NCBI GenBank assembly: GCA_963750545.1
Contig: CAVVQY010000005.1
Location: forward strand, 4,881-68,880
DNA from: an uncultured Actinomycetes bacterium
Lineage (GTDB): Bacteria; Actinomycetota; Thermoleophilia; Gaiellales; Gaiellaceae
Length of the DNA: 64,000 nt
Direction: 5' to 3'
The notes beneath the pieces are model-generated. The model saw nothing but the letters and a program-made list of their open reading frames with translations, was not told where the DNA came from and made no database searches. Of the stretch, positions 1 to 10,542 are shown piece after piece. Both the position numbers and the translations under genes were made by a program. Within the stretch, counting starts at the first letter, position 1. Each line of letters begins with the position of its first letter.

Positions 1-1738
1 TGACGCTCATCGCGATCCGGATCGTCGACCGTCCGCGGGGAAGGGCGCTCGCTTGGAAGATCGCGGACGACTTGGCATTCAGCCGTCCGCGTTTCACGGT
101 CACCCAGCGGCCGTTCGACAGGCGCTGGAGCTGAACGAAGCGGCCGGCAAAGGACGTCCCGGCGACGATCCTGGTGGACAGCCGGGCCTTGGTGATCACC
201 CGCAGGGAGACGGCAGGCCGGACGCCGATCACGATCGGCGGGCTCGCTCCGCCGCTGGCGCTCGCCTGATAGGCGGTGCGGATCGCGGGCCGAGCCATGT
301 AGCTCCACGTCCCGTCCGCACCCGTCAAGACCGTGGAGACAGGCGTGGGCGAGCTCTGGCCGAACGGCTGTCCGAGGATCGTCACGGTGACGCCCGTCTG
401 CTTGCTGGAGACGGCTCCCGAGAGCGTCACGAAGTGCCCGTAGACGGACTGCAGGCTCGATTGCGTCAGCGTCACGGCCTGCAACGTCGTGAACGCGACG
501 TCCGCGCCTCGACTCGTGCCGGCGCTGCTCGATGCGACCAGACGGTAGTGGTAGGTCGCACCCGCACCGAGGTTCGAGACGACGACGCTGACGGCCTGGG
601 TCCCGACGCTCGACCCGGTGTTGGTGGACGACGTCCGCGAGCCGTAGGACACGGTCGTCCCGTACTCGAAGTACCAGGTCGTAGCCCGCCCCTTCGGATC
701 GAGCGAGCCGGTGAGAGTCGCGGTGGTCGGGCCGACACCCTGCACGGCGCCGGTCTGCACGGCGGGTGGGCCGGTCGTCGAGAAGGCCTGGTCGCCGCCG
801 ACGCTCGGCCCGGAGGCGTTCGTCGCCACGAGGCGAACGTGGTACGTCGTCCCGGCTGCCAACCCGGAGATTGACGTGGAAACGCTGGTCGAGCTCGTGC
901 CCGAGCCGGCGTTCCGGACGGACGTCTTCGTGCCGTAGCTCGTGCTCGTGCCGTACTCGAAGTACCAGCTCGTCGTCTGGCCGTTCGGGTTGACGGTGCC
1001 GTTCAGCCTCGCCGTCGAGGTCGAGACCGAGCTCGGGGAACCTGTGACGGCGCTCGGCGCTCCGGCGAGCAAGACGGTCTTGTCCGCACCGCGGCTCGTG
1101 CCCGCGTCGCTCGTCGCCACCAGGCGGAAGTGATACGTGCGGCCAGTCTGGAGCCCCGAGACCGGCGCAGAGACGTTGAGCGTGCCTGTGCCGGCGCCGG
1201 CATTCTGCGCGGGTGTCTTCGACCCGTAGCTCGCGCTCGTGCCGTACTCGAAGTACCAGGACGTCGGGCGTCCGTTCGGGTTGACGGTTCCCAACAGGTC
1301 GGCGGAGGTCGCGGTGACGTTGCCCGCCGTGCTCGTGACGACCGAAGGCGTCGCGGATGTCGTGACGATTCCGTCCGCGCCCCTGCTCGTGCCCGTCCCG
1401 TTCGATGCGACGAGGCGGTAGTGGTACGTCGTCCCCGCCTCGAGGCCGCTCAGCGTCGCGGTGACGTCGACGTTGGTCGTGCCTGACCCGGCGTTCACGG
1501 ACGCGCTCTTCGAGCCGTACGTCGTGCTCTTTCCGTACTCGACGTACCAGGTCGTCGCCTCGCCGTTCGGATTGAGCGTGCCGGCGACGGTGGCGGCGGT
1601 CGGCCCGTATGTCGTCACGGGGCCGGTGATCGCTGCAGGCGCTGACGCCGCGGCCGCGACTCCGACGGCGATCGAGAGGAACGCGCTCCCTGTCACGAGA
1701 GCGCCGACGAGATAGCTAATGCCACTCCGAACGATCAT
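1..1738 (-). CDS. Secreted repeat protein: signal peptide, four tandem ~97-aa FN3-like repeats, then a distinct C-terminal domain; the 3' end runs off the window
   Basis: Hand translation of the minus strand; this open-ended ORF is missing from the supplied track. ATG at 1738 gives MIVRSGISYLVGALVTGSAFLSIAVGVAAAASAPA..., and I saw no stop down to position 2. The Trp codons of the WYFEYG motif at 1549, 1258, 967 and 676 are all in the same frame. The listed + strand ORFs here (PYSKYQ..PFGLTVP) are antisense shadows. Confidence 0.8.
   Translation of the reverse strand, partial: MIVRSGISYLVGALVTGSAFLSIAVGVAAAASAPAAITGPVTTYGPTAATVAGTLNPNGEATTWYVEYGKSTTYGSKSASVNAGSGTTNVDVTATLSGLEAGTTYHYRLVASNGTGTSRGADGIVTTSATPSVVTSTAGNVTATSADLLGTVNPNGRPTSWYFEYGTSASYGSKTPAQNAGAGTGTLNVSAPVSGLQTGRTYHFRLVATSDAGTSRGADKTVLLAGAPSAVTGSPSSVSTSTARLNGTVNPNGQTTSWYFEYGTSTSYGTKTSVRNAGSGTSSTSVSTSISGLAAGTTYHVRLVATNASGPSVGGDQAFSTTGPPAVQTGAVQGVGPTTATLTGSLDPKGRATTWYFEYGTTVSYGSRTSSTNTGSSVGTQAVSVVVSNLGAGATYHYRLVASSSAGTSRGADVAFTTLQAVTLTQSSLQSVYGHFVTLSGAVSSKQTGVTVTILGQPFGQSSPTPVSTVLTGADGTWSYMARPAIRTAYQASASGGASPPIVIGVRPAVSLRVITKARLSTRIVAGTSFAGRFVQLQRLSNGRWVTVKRGRLNAKSSAIFQASALPRGRSTIRIAMSV
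480..1650 (-). repeat. Four in-frame tandem copies of a 291-bp (97-codon) coding repeat inside the secreted-protein gene
   Basis: The WYFEYG Trp codon recurs at 1549, 1258, 967 and 676, exactly 291 nt apart each time. Each unit reads ..T..L.GTVNPNG..T.WYFEYGT..SYGS.T......G......V...SGL..G(T/A)TYH.RLVA.....G.S.G.D. The copies have diverged at nucleotide level. Confidence 0.85.
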
Positions 1739-1800
1739 GGTCAGTGTCTAGATACACCGAGCTCGTGAAGACGCTGTTTAGAAGGCGGAAGGGTTTTCTG

Positions 1801-2442
1801 TCACCGGCCCACGGCCCCGGCGACGACCAGCACGACCAGCGTGCGCGGCCCGTGGACGCCCTCGACGCGGCTGAGCTCGATGTCGGAGGTCGCCGACGGG
1901 CCCGAGACGAACGTCAGCGGGCGCCGCTTCGCGTCGCCTCGGCGAGCGCGACGATCGCCTCCGGCACGAGCTCGACGACTCGGTGCTCCTCGACGACGCA
2001 GACGTGCAGGTCGGGCACGAGCGTGAGCGCGCGGCGGCCCTCCGTGCGGCGCCGCCGTGAGGACGATCGTGCCCGTCTCGGCGATCGCGACCGTGCAGCC
2101 GGTGAGGACGCCGTCGAGCGCGTCGAGCTCGGCCGCGCTGAGCCCGTCGTCGTCGACGAGGTCGGCACCGTCGGGACGCCAGTCGGCCGGGAGCCCGGCC
2201 GGGACGACGAGACGCCCGCGCCGTGCGCGGGCAGACGTCTCGATCGCCGCGGCGACCGTATCGGCCGGAACGCGCCGCACCTCGGCCCGGTACTCGCCGA
2301 CGCGCTCGCAGAAGAGCGCGACCCGCGCGGCCGGCGTCGCAGCTGCCGGTCGCCGGTAGTCGCGCGCGACGCTCGGCACGGGGCGCGGCGCCTCCGATCG
2401 CGCGTCCGCACGCGCTCCGAGGATCTCGTCGCGCGCGCTCAT
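1801..2442 (-). CDS. lutC: Lactate utilization protein C (LutC/YkgG family); frame disrupted as sequenced
   Basis: ATG at 2442 ([14 protein letters not shown]...). Fragments lie in ORF 1801..3168 ([27 protein letters not shown]; [33 protein letters not shown], stop at 1801) and ORF 1914..2411 ([26 protein letters not shown]). ATGA start/stop overlap with lutB at 2439-2442. Confidence 0.75.
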   Translation of the reverse strand: MSARDEILGARADARSEAPRPVPSVARDYRRPAAATPAARVALFCERVGEYRAEVRRVPADTVAAAIETSARARRGRLVVPAGLPADWRPDGADLVDDDGLSAAELDALDGVLTGCTVAIAETGTIVLTAAPHGGPPRAHARARPARLRRRGAPSRRARAGGDRRARRGDAKRRPLTFVSGPSATSDIELSRVEGVHGPRTLVVLVVAGAVGR

Positions 2443-3846
2443 CCGCGCTCCTGCCTCCACCAGTCGCGGAAGCTCTGCGCGCGCGATCGGCTTCAGGTCG
2501 CGCGTCCGCGTCCAGCCGGCGAGCGGGCCGGGCAGCCGGCGGATCGTGCCGGCGCGCACGAGCGGGCGCTGCGCGAGCCGGCCGAGGCGCTGCGCCGAGC
2601 GCGAAGCGACGCGCGCCGCCGAACATCCACGCGACGAGCGCGCATCGCCGCCCGCTCGCTCCGCGGCGCCTTCGCCTCGACCGCCTTGCCGCGCAGGTGC
2701 AGCAGCACGCGTCGGGATGTCGATCTTGACCGGGCAGACCTCGTAGCAGGCGCCGCAGAGGCTCGACGCGAACGGCAGCGAGGCGGCGTTCTCGATCCCG
2801 ATCGAGCTGCGGCGTGAGGATCGCGCCGATCGGGCCCGGGTAGACCGAGCCGTACGCGTGGCCGCCGGTGCGCGAGTAGACCGGGCAGACGTTGAGGCAG
2901 GCGCTGCAGCGGATGCAGTGGAGCGCCTGGCGGCCGACCTCGTCGCGCGAGCACGCGCGTGCGGCCGTTGTCGAGCAGCACGACGTGGAACTCCTGCGGC
3001 CCGTCGCCGTCGCGTCACGCCGGTCCAGAGCGAGGTGTACGGGTTCATCCGCTCGCCGGTCGCGGAGCGCGGCAGCAGCTGGAGGAAGACCTCGAGGTCG
3101 GCGAACGTCGGCACGAGCTTCTCGATCCCGAGCACGGTGACGAGCACCGGCGGCAGCGTCGTGCACATGCGGCCGTTGCCCTCGGACTCGACGACGCACG
3201 ACCGTGCCCGTCTCGGCGACGCCGAAGTTCGCGCCGCTGACGCCGACCTGCGCGCGTCGAGGAAGCGCTCGCGCAGGTAGAGGCGCGCCGCCTCGGCGAG
3301 GTCGCGCGGGTCGTCGGAGGTCGATCCCGGGCGCGATCGTGCGCGCGAAGAGGTCGCGGATCTCGCGTGCGGTTGCGGTGGATCGCCGGGACGAGGATGT
3401 GCGACGACCAGTCGCCGTCGAGCTGGAGGATCAGCTCGGCGAGGTCGGTCTCGAGCGCGTGGATGCCCGCCGCGGCGAGCGCGTCGTTGAGCCGGATCTC
3501 GTCGGTCGTCAGCGACTTCACCTTCACGACCTCGTCGGCGCCGTGGGCGCGCGCGACGTCGGCGACGACCGCGTTCGCCTCGGCCGCGTCGCGCGCCCAG
3601 TGCACGTGCCCGCCGGCCGCCTCGACCGCCGCCTCGAACTGGACGCAGGTAGCTCGTCGAGGCGCGCGAGCACGTCGGCCTTGATCGCGCGGCCCGCCTC
3701 GCGCAGCTCCTCCCAGTCGGGCAGCTCGGCGACGACGCGCGCGCGCTTGGCGCGGATCGTGTCGGTCGCGTTGCGCGAGGTTCGCGCGCAGCTGCGCGTT
3801 CGCGAGCTCCTCGCGGGCGGCGTCGGGGAAGCTCCGGATCGCGTCA
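2439..3846 (-). CDS. lutB: Lactate utilization iron-sulfur protein LutB (LldF-like); frame disrupted as sequenced
   Basis: Fragments in ORF 3045..4451 are [45 protein letters not shown] and [14 protein letters not shown] 3524..3940 gives [33 protein letters not shown] 1778..3199 gives [42 protein letters not shown] 1801..3168 gives [17 protein letters not shown]. Together these carry the two 4Fe-4S Cys motifs. The gene ends ...RDWWRQERG* at 2439. Confidence 0.8.
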
Positions 3847-4587
3847 TGCGGCTCCGTCGCGGCGAGGATCTCGGCGAGGTGCATCGTGCGCACGCGCGTC
3901 GCCGCGCCGCGAGAGCCCGCCGCCGATCTGGAGCAGGCACGAGCCGTCGACGGCGGTGCAGACCTCGGCGCCGCGTCGCCTCGATCGCGCGCGCACTTGT
4001 CGGCGAGCATCGCGCTCGACGTGTCGGCGTTCTTCAGCGCGAACGTGCCGCCGAAGCCGCAGCACTCCTCGGCGCGCGCGCAGCTCGACGCAGCTCGAGC
4101 CCGCGGACCGCCGCGAGCAGCTCGCAGCGGCGCGTCGCCGACGCGCGTCACGCGCAGCGAGTGGCAGGTCGGGTGGTAGGCGACGCGATGCGGGAACGAC
4201 GCGCCGACGTCCGTCGACCCCGAGCCGGCCGACGAGGAGCTCCGACAGCTCGAAGACGCGAGTGGCGAGCTCGCGCGCCCGGCTCGCGAGCCGTCGTCGC
4301 CGCTCCGGCGGCGAGCTCGGGGTAGAGCTCGCGCACCGCACCGACGCACGACGACGACGGCGAGACGACGACCTCGTACGGCGTCGAAGATCTCGACGAA
4401 CCGGCGCGCGAGACCGAGCGCCTCGCGACGGTAGCCGCTGTTCAGGTGCATCTGGCCGCAGCAGGTCTGCTCCGGCGGGAAAGACGACCTCGTGGCCGAG
4501 CCGCTCGAGCACCTGCACGACCGCCCTCGGCGACCTCGGGCGAGATCGTGTCGCCGATGCAGGTGACGAACAGCGCGATCTGCGCAC
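3843..4587 (-). CDS. lutA: Lactate utilization protein A (CCG-domain Fe-S oxidoreductase LutA); frame disrupted as sequenced
   Basis: Fragments are IALFVTCIGDTISPEV (ORF 4442..5914) and AVVQVLERLGHEVVFP (ORF 3844..5799). ORF 3045..4451 adds MHLNSGYRREALGLARRFVEIFD, VAYHPTCHSLRV and EECCGFGGTFALKNADTSSAMLADK. The start is probably the GTG at 4587, 5 nt after the rhaI stop. The stop overlaps the lutB ATG (ATGA at 3843-3846). Confidence 0.75.
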
Positions 4588-4592
4588 AGAGC

Positions 4593-5799
4593 TCAGAGCT
4601 GCTCGTAGGCGCTCTCGACGCTGGCCGTGCCGCGCTCCTGCGGCGAGCCGCTCCGCGTGGCCCTGGCGCGGAACGCCGCGACGGGATCGGCCTCGACGCC
4701 GAGCCTCCTCGCGCAGGCGCGCGAGCAGCGGGCGCACGTCGGTCTCGAACGCCTCGAGCAGGAGCCGGTGCGCGCCGAGCACGTCGCCGTCGCGCTGCGC
4801 CGCGGCGACCGCGTCCTCGTCGACGAGCAGCGCCTTGGCGTACGCCGTCTGGATGTTCATCACCGACTGGACCATCGCGTCGATCTTGCCCTCGACGTTG
4901 TGCGACTGGTCGATCATGAACGCGACCGCGCCGGCCGTCTCGGCGGTCGCGGGATCGGCCTGCGCGAGCGCGATCTCGCGCATGATCCGGAAGAGCTCGA
5001 AGGGGTCGATCGCGCCGACGATCAGGTCGTCGTCGGCGTACTTGCGGTTGTTGAAGTGGAAGCCGCCGAGCAGTCCCTCGGCGAGCAGGAGCGCGACGAT
5101 CTGCTCGATGTTCGTGCCCTGCGCGTGGTGGCCGGTGTCGACGAGCACCTGGGCCTGCGGCCCGAGCCGGCGGCAGACGAGCGCGGCCGTGCCCCAGTCG
5201 GGCAGGTCGGTGCTGTAGAAGCGCCGGCTCGAAGAACTTGTACTCGACGAGCAGGCGCATGCCGGGCGGCAGCGCGCGCGTAGAGCTCGCTCGAGGCTCG
5301 CCGTCAGCCGCGCGTACCGTCGCGCGCAGGTCGTCCTGACCCGGGTAGTTCGTGCCGTCGGCGAGCCAGAGGCTGATCGCGGTCGAGCCGACCTCGCCCG
5401 GCGATCTCGACGCACTCGAGGCAGTGCTCGAGCGCGCGGCGGCGGACCGCCGCGTCGGGGTGGCAGAGGCTGCCGAGCCGGTAGTCGTCCTCGCCGAAGA
5501 GGTTCGGGTTGATCGCGCCGATGCGCACGCCTTGCTCCTCGGCGTAGGCGCCGGAGCTCGCGCCAGTCGTCGACGCGGTCCCACGGGATGTGGAGCGCGA
5601 CGGTCGGGCAGCAGCCGGTGAGCCGGTGCACGAGTGCCGCGTCGTCGACACGCTCCCAGACGTCGCGCGCCGCGCCCGGCCACGGGTAGACGTGGAAGCG
5701 CGTGCCCGAGTTGCCGTAGCCCCACGACGGCGTCTCGATCTCGAGGCCGCGAAGCCGTCCGAGCAGCGCGTCGTCGTCCATGGCGGGAGTCTGACGCAT
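4593..5799 (-). CDS. rhaI: L-rhamnose isomerase (actinobacterial/Pseudomonas-type RhaI, xylose-isomerase-like TIM barrel); frame disrupted as sequenced
   Basis: ORF 3844..5799 gives [71 protein letters not shown] 5304..5831 gives [51 protein letters not shown] 4442..5914 gives [20 protein letters not shown] and [16 protein letters not shown] 3844..5799 then gives [46 protein letters not shown]...[22 protein letters not shown]. Alternative start at 5781; stop TGA at 4593-4595. Confidence 0.85.
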
Positions 5800-5819
5800 T
5801 TCGCGTCGAGATTACGAAT

Positions 5820-5850
5820 CGGCTTTCGCAACGCGGAGAAACGAAAGCCG
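5820..5850. promoter_or_regulatory. Perfect 9-bp inverted repeat (CGGCTTTCG-N13-CGAAAGCCG) in the divergent rhaI / regulator intergenic region; candidate operator or hairpin
   Basis: Read directly from the sequence: cggctttcg at 5820-5828 and cgaaagccg at 5842-5850. It lies between divergently transcribed rhaI (start 5799/5781) and the DeoR-type regulator gene. Confidence 0.3.
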
Positions 5851-5862
5851 CACGACAGTCAT

Positions 5863-5891
5863 TGACAAGCGCGCCGGCAAGGTCGTATGGT
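5863..5891 (+). promoter_or_regulatory. Sigma-70-like promoter candidate for the DeoR-type regulator / rhaB operon
   Basis: TTGACA at 5863-5868 and TATGGT at 5886-5891 with a 17-nt spacer, about 45 nt upstream of the candidate GTG start at 5935. Pattern match only. Confidence 0.35.
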
Positions 5892-5934
5892 CGCCGAATT
5901 CGCGCGATCGTCACGTAGAGATGCCGCTTTGAGC

Positions 5935-6796
5935 GTGCACACGCCGATTCCGACGCAGGACGAGCGGATGCAGGAGGTCCTGCGAGCTGCTCGAGACGCG
6001 CGATTCTCTTTCGGTTACGGAACTTGCGAAAGCGTTTCGCGTTTCCGAGGTGACGGTCCGCAGCGACCTCGCCGAGCTGGCGCGAGCAGGGTCTCGTGGC
6101 CCGCGTCCGCGGCGGCGTGCGGGCCGCTCCAGCGCGGCCAGTCCGAGGTCGGGTTCGACCTGCGCCTGCGCCTCGAGGTCGAGCGGAAGCAGGCGATCGC
6201 CCGGGCTGCGGCCGCGCTCGTCGACGAGGGCGAGGCGATCGCGCTCGACTCGAGCACGACCGCGTACTACCTCGCGCTCGAGCTGCGCGCGAAGCGCGAG
6301 CTCGTCGTCGTCACGAACGGCCTGCTGATCGCGGCCGCGCTCGCGGACGCGCCCGGCATCACCGTGCTCGTCACCGGCGGGATGCTCCGGCTCTCGGCGA
6401 TGTCGCTCGTCGGCGACCTCGGCGCCGACGTGCTGCGCACGACCGCGGATCAACAAGGGCTTCCTCGGCGCGCGCGGCCTCAGCCTCGAGCGCGGCCTGA
6501 TGGACCTGAACCCGGACGAGGTGCGGATCAAGCAGGAGATGGCCGACGCCTGCGAGCAGGTGATCGGGATCATCGACGGCACGAAGTGGCACCGCAGCGC
6601 GCTGCTCTCGTTCGTCGCCGCCGACGACGTGCACGGGATCGTCACCGACGCGAGCGCGCCGGCCGACGAGGTGCGAGGCGTGGCGCGAGCGCGGCGTCGA
6701 GGTGATCGTCGCCGAGGCGAGGCGCGGCGACGCAGCCGCGCCGTCCGCCCGCGCGACCTGCGCCGCGGCCCGCGCGATCACGGGAGCGCCGGCTGA
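5935..6796 (+). CDS. DeoR-family transcriptional regulator (likely rhamnose regulon repressor); frame disrupted as sequenced
   Basis: The HTH segment [32 protein letters not shown] is in the ORF 6050..6328 frame, followed by [12 protein letters not shown]. The effector domain [53 protein letters not shown]...VLVTGGMLR is in ORF 5887..6705. [32 protein letters not shown] is in ORF 6500..6796. Alternative ATG at 5968. The stop overlaps the rhaB ATG (TGATG at 6794-6798). Confidence 0.75.
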
Positions 6797-8291
6797 TGGC
6801 GACGATGGCCGCCGTCGACCTCGGCGCCCAGAGCGGCCGCGTCGCCGTCGGCCGCTTCGACGGCGAGCGTCTGGAGCTCGACCGAGGTGCACCGCTTCCC
6901 GAACGAGCCGGTGCGAGTTGCGCGGCACGCTCCACTGGGACGTCCTCGGCCTCTACCGCGAGGTGCTCGACGGGCTCCGCGCCGCCGGCGCCGCGGCGGA
7001 GACGATCGACTCGGTCGGCGTCGACTCCTGGGGCGTCGACTTCGGGCTGCTCGACCGGCGCGGCCGGCTCCTCGGTAACCCCGTCCACTACCGCGACCAC
7101 CGGCGGGCCGCAGCGTTCGAGCCGCGTGCTCGCGCGGGTGCCGGCGCGCGAGCTGTACGAGCGCACCGGCATCCAGCTCCTGCCGATCAACACGCTGTTC
7201 GAGCTCGGCGGCGATGGCCGCCGAGGGCGACCCGGCGCTCGACGCCGCCGAGACGCTGCTGCTGATCCCCGACCTGCTCCACTACTGGCTCTGCGGCGAC
7301 GCGCGTGGGCGAGCGGACGAACGCGACCACGACGCAGTGCCTCGACCCGCGCAGCGGCGCCTGGGCCGACGGACCTGCTCGAGCGGCTCGGCATCCCGTC
7401 GCGAGCTGCTGCCGCGAAGTCGTCGATCCGGGGACGCCGCTCGGGCGCGCTCGCGGCCGACGTCGCCGCCGACACCGGCGTCGGCACGCCGACCGTCGTC
7501 GCCGTCGGCGACGCACGACACCGCCTCGGCGGTCGCGGCCGTGCCGTTCCGCGTCGCCCGGCTCGGCCTACATCAGCGCCGGCACGTGGTCGCTCGTCGG
7601 CGTCGAGGTGGCCGAGCCGCTGATCACCGACGAGAGCTTCGCCGCGAACCTCACGAACGAGGGCGGCGTCGGCGGCACGTTCCGGCTGCTCCGCAACGTC
7701 ACCGGCCTCTGGCTGCTGCACGAGTGCCGCCGCGCCTGGGCGCTCGACGGGCAGGAGTACACGTTCGACGAGCTCGTCGCGCTCGCCGAGGAGGCGCCGC
7801 CGCTTCGCTCGCTTCGTCGACCCGAACGACCCGTCGCTTCGCCGCAGCCCGGCGACATGCCGGCGCGCATCCGCGCGTTCTGCGCTGAGACCGGCCAGCC
7901 CGAGCCCGGGCGACCCGGGCGCGATCGTGCGCTGCATCCTCGAGAGCCTCGCGCTGAAGCACGCCGAGACGGTCGACATGCTCGGCGCGGTCACCGGCGC
8001 GGCGCCGGCCGAGATCCACATCGTCGGCGGCGGCGCGCGCAACGCGCTGCTCTGCCGCTGGACGGCCGAGCGCCGCCGGGCTGCCGGTGCTCGCCGGCCC
8101 GGACGAGGCGACGCTGCTCGGCAACCTGCTCGTGCAGGCGATCGCGCTCGGCGAGCTCGGCTCGCTCGCCGAGGCGCGCGAGGTCGTCCGCGCGTCGTTC
8201 GCGCCGGTCGTCTACGAGCCGCGAGGCGCCGAGTGCGCTGGCAGGAGGCGCGCTCGACCGGCTCGCGCGTCGACGGTCGGCACGGAGGTGA
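6796..8291 (+). CDS. rhaB: Rhamnulokinase (FGGY sugar kinase family); at least 10 frame shifts as sequenced
   Basis: The motifs rotate through all three + frames. They are [84 protein letters not shown] and [19 protein letters not shown]. They continue with [93 protein letters not shown] and [19 protein letters not shown]. Confidence 0.85.
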
Positions 8292-10439
8292 TGGGCATGA
8301 CGGAGAGCCGACGAGCGTGCTGCACGGCATCGCCGCGCCCGAGGACCGCTGGGAGCGAGGAGCGCGCGGCGGGGCTCGACGACGCTCGACGCGCTCGTCT
8401 ACCGCTCGAACCTGCTCGGCGCCGACCGCGCGCTCGCGAACCTCGGCGGCGGCAACACGTCCGCGAAGGGCACGGTCGTCGACCACACCGGCCGCGAGAT
8501 GCGCGTGCTCTGGGTCAAGGGCTCGGGCACCGACCTCGCGACGATCACGCCCGCGGGCTTCGCCGGCGCTCCGCCTCGACGAGGTGCTGCCGCTGCGCGA
8601 GCGGGAGGAGATGGACGACGCGGCGATGGTCGACTACCTCGTCCGCTGCGCCGTGCTCGCCCGACCAGCCGCGGCCGTCGATCGAGACGCTGCTGCACGC
8701 GTTCGTCCGCGCGCCGCAGGTCGACCACACCCATCCCGACGCGGTGATCGCGCTCACCTCGTCGCCCGACGGGCGCGCGGCTCGCCGAGGAGGCGTTCGG
8801 CGACGAGGCCGTCTGGCTCGACTACCAGCGGCCCGGGTTCGACATGTCGCGGCGGATCGCCGAGCTGCTCGAGGAGAACCCGCGCGCGCGGGCCGTGCTG
8901 CTCGAGAAGCACGGGCTCGTCACCTGGGGCGAGACGCGGCGAGGAGAGCTACCGCGCGACGATCGAGTTCGTCACGCGCGCCGCGCGAGGCGATCGACGG
9001 CGCGGCGAGCGGCGGCTTCGGGCTCGGCGGCCCGAAGGTCGCCGCGATCGGCGACGACGAGCGCCGAGCGCCTGCTGCTCGCCGGCGCTGCCCGCGCTCC
9101 GCGGCGCGCTGCTCGCGGACGCCGACGGCGTCGTGCTCGAGGTCGACCGCAGCCCGGAGGCGGTCGCGTTCGCCTCGGCCGCGCGCACGCCCGAGGTGAG
9201 CCAGGTCGGCGCGCCGTGCCCGGACCACCTGATCAACACGAAGCACAAGCCGCTCGTCGTCGACTTCGACCCGTCGCGCGACGACGGCGCCGACGAGCTC
9301 GCGCGGCGCGTTCCGGACGCGGCGTCGTCGAGTACGCGCGACTGGTACCGCGACTACTACGAGCGCAACCTCGACGACGAGAGCCGGCCGTTCCCGATCG
9401 ACCCGGCCGGGCCGCGCGTCGTGCTCGTGCCCGGGCGTCGGCATCGTCACGAGCGGCCGCGACGCGGCCAGGGCGCGCGTCGCGCGCGACCTCTACCACC
9501 GCGCGATCGCGGTCGAGGACGCGGCCGACGCGATCGGCGGCTTCCGCTCGCTGAGCGAGGCGGAGGCGTTCGCGATCGAGTACTGGCCGCTCGAGCGCTA
9601 CAAGCTCGCGCAGGCGCCGCCGCCGCGGCGAGCTGCGCCGGCCGGATCGCGCTGATCACCGGCGGCGCGAGCGGGATCGGCCGCGCCACCGCGCGCCTGC
9701 TCGCCGACCGCGGCGCGCACGTCGTCGTCGCCGACCTGAACGCGGACGGCGCGCAGCCGAGGTCGCCGACGAGATCGTCGCCACGCACGGCGCGCGCCGC
9801 GCGATCGCCGTCGCCGTCGACGTCACCGACGAGGCCGCGGTCGCGGACGATGCCGCGGCGGACCGTGCTCGCCTACGGCGGCCTCGACATCCTCGTCGCC
9901 TCGGCCGGCCTCGCCACGAGCGCGCCGATCACCGAGACGACGCTCGAGCGACTGGGAGCGGAACTACGCCGTGCTCGCCCGCGGCTACTTCCTCGCGGCG
10001 CGCGAGGCGTTCCGCGTGCTGCTCGAGCAGGGCCGCGGCGGCTCGGTCGTCTTCGTCGGCTCGAAGAACGCGCTCGTCGCGGGCGCGAACGCGGCCGCGT
10101 ACTCGTCGGCGAAGGCCGCCTCGCTCCACCTCGGCACGCTGCCTCGCCGAGGAGGGCGGCGCGCACGGCATCCGCGTCAACACCGTCAACCCGGACGCGG
10201 TGATCGAGGGCTCGAGCATCTGGTCGTCCGACTGGAAGGCCGAGCGCGCCAGCACGTACGGCGTCGACGAGCCGAGGATCTGCCGGCCTTCTACCGCAAG
10301 CCGGACGCGGCTCGGCGTGAACGTCTACCCCGAGGACGTCGCCGAGGCGATCGCGTTCTTCGCCGGGCCGCGCTCCGCGAAGTCCACCGGCAACGTCTTC
10401 AACGTCGACGGCGGCGTCACCGCCGCCTACCCGCGATGA
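8291..10439 (+). CDS. rhaEW: Bifunctional rhamnulose-1-phosphate aldolase / short-chain dehydrogenase (RhaEW type); frame disrupted as sequenced
   Basis: The aldolase half carries YRSNLLGADRALANLGGGNTSAKG, RVLWVKGSGTDLATITPAGF, SIETLLHAFVRAPQVDHTHPDAVIALTSSPDG, LLEKHGLVTWGET and APCPDHLINTKHKPLVV. The SDR half carries IALITGGASGIGRATARLLADRGAHVVVADLN, YSSAKAA, GIRVNTVNPDAV and NVFNVDGGVTAAYPR* (stop 10439). The start is uncertain: ATG 8291 or 8297, or GTG 8317. Confidence 0.85.
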
Positions 10440-10542
10440 CCGCGCGACAGCGGAGAGGCGCAGGACGACCAAGGCCGTGAGCTCATGCCCGCACGTAAGG
10501 AGAGGACCCGTTGCTCTTATCCCGCAGCGAAAGGAAGGTGAC

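Noticed and set aside
53-1715. A series of + strand ORFs (53..874, 711..938, 942..1133, 1239..1421, 1461..1715) with a recurring PYSKYQ..PFGLTVP motif, which could be taken for a repeat-protein gene on the + strand.
   Set aside because: They are the antisense image of the minus-strand repeat gene. That gene has a proper ATG, a signal peptide, an uninterrupted frame from 1738 to the window edge and a sensible WYFEYGT...TYHYRLVA repeat. The + ORFs are short, Arg/Pro-rich or interrupted.
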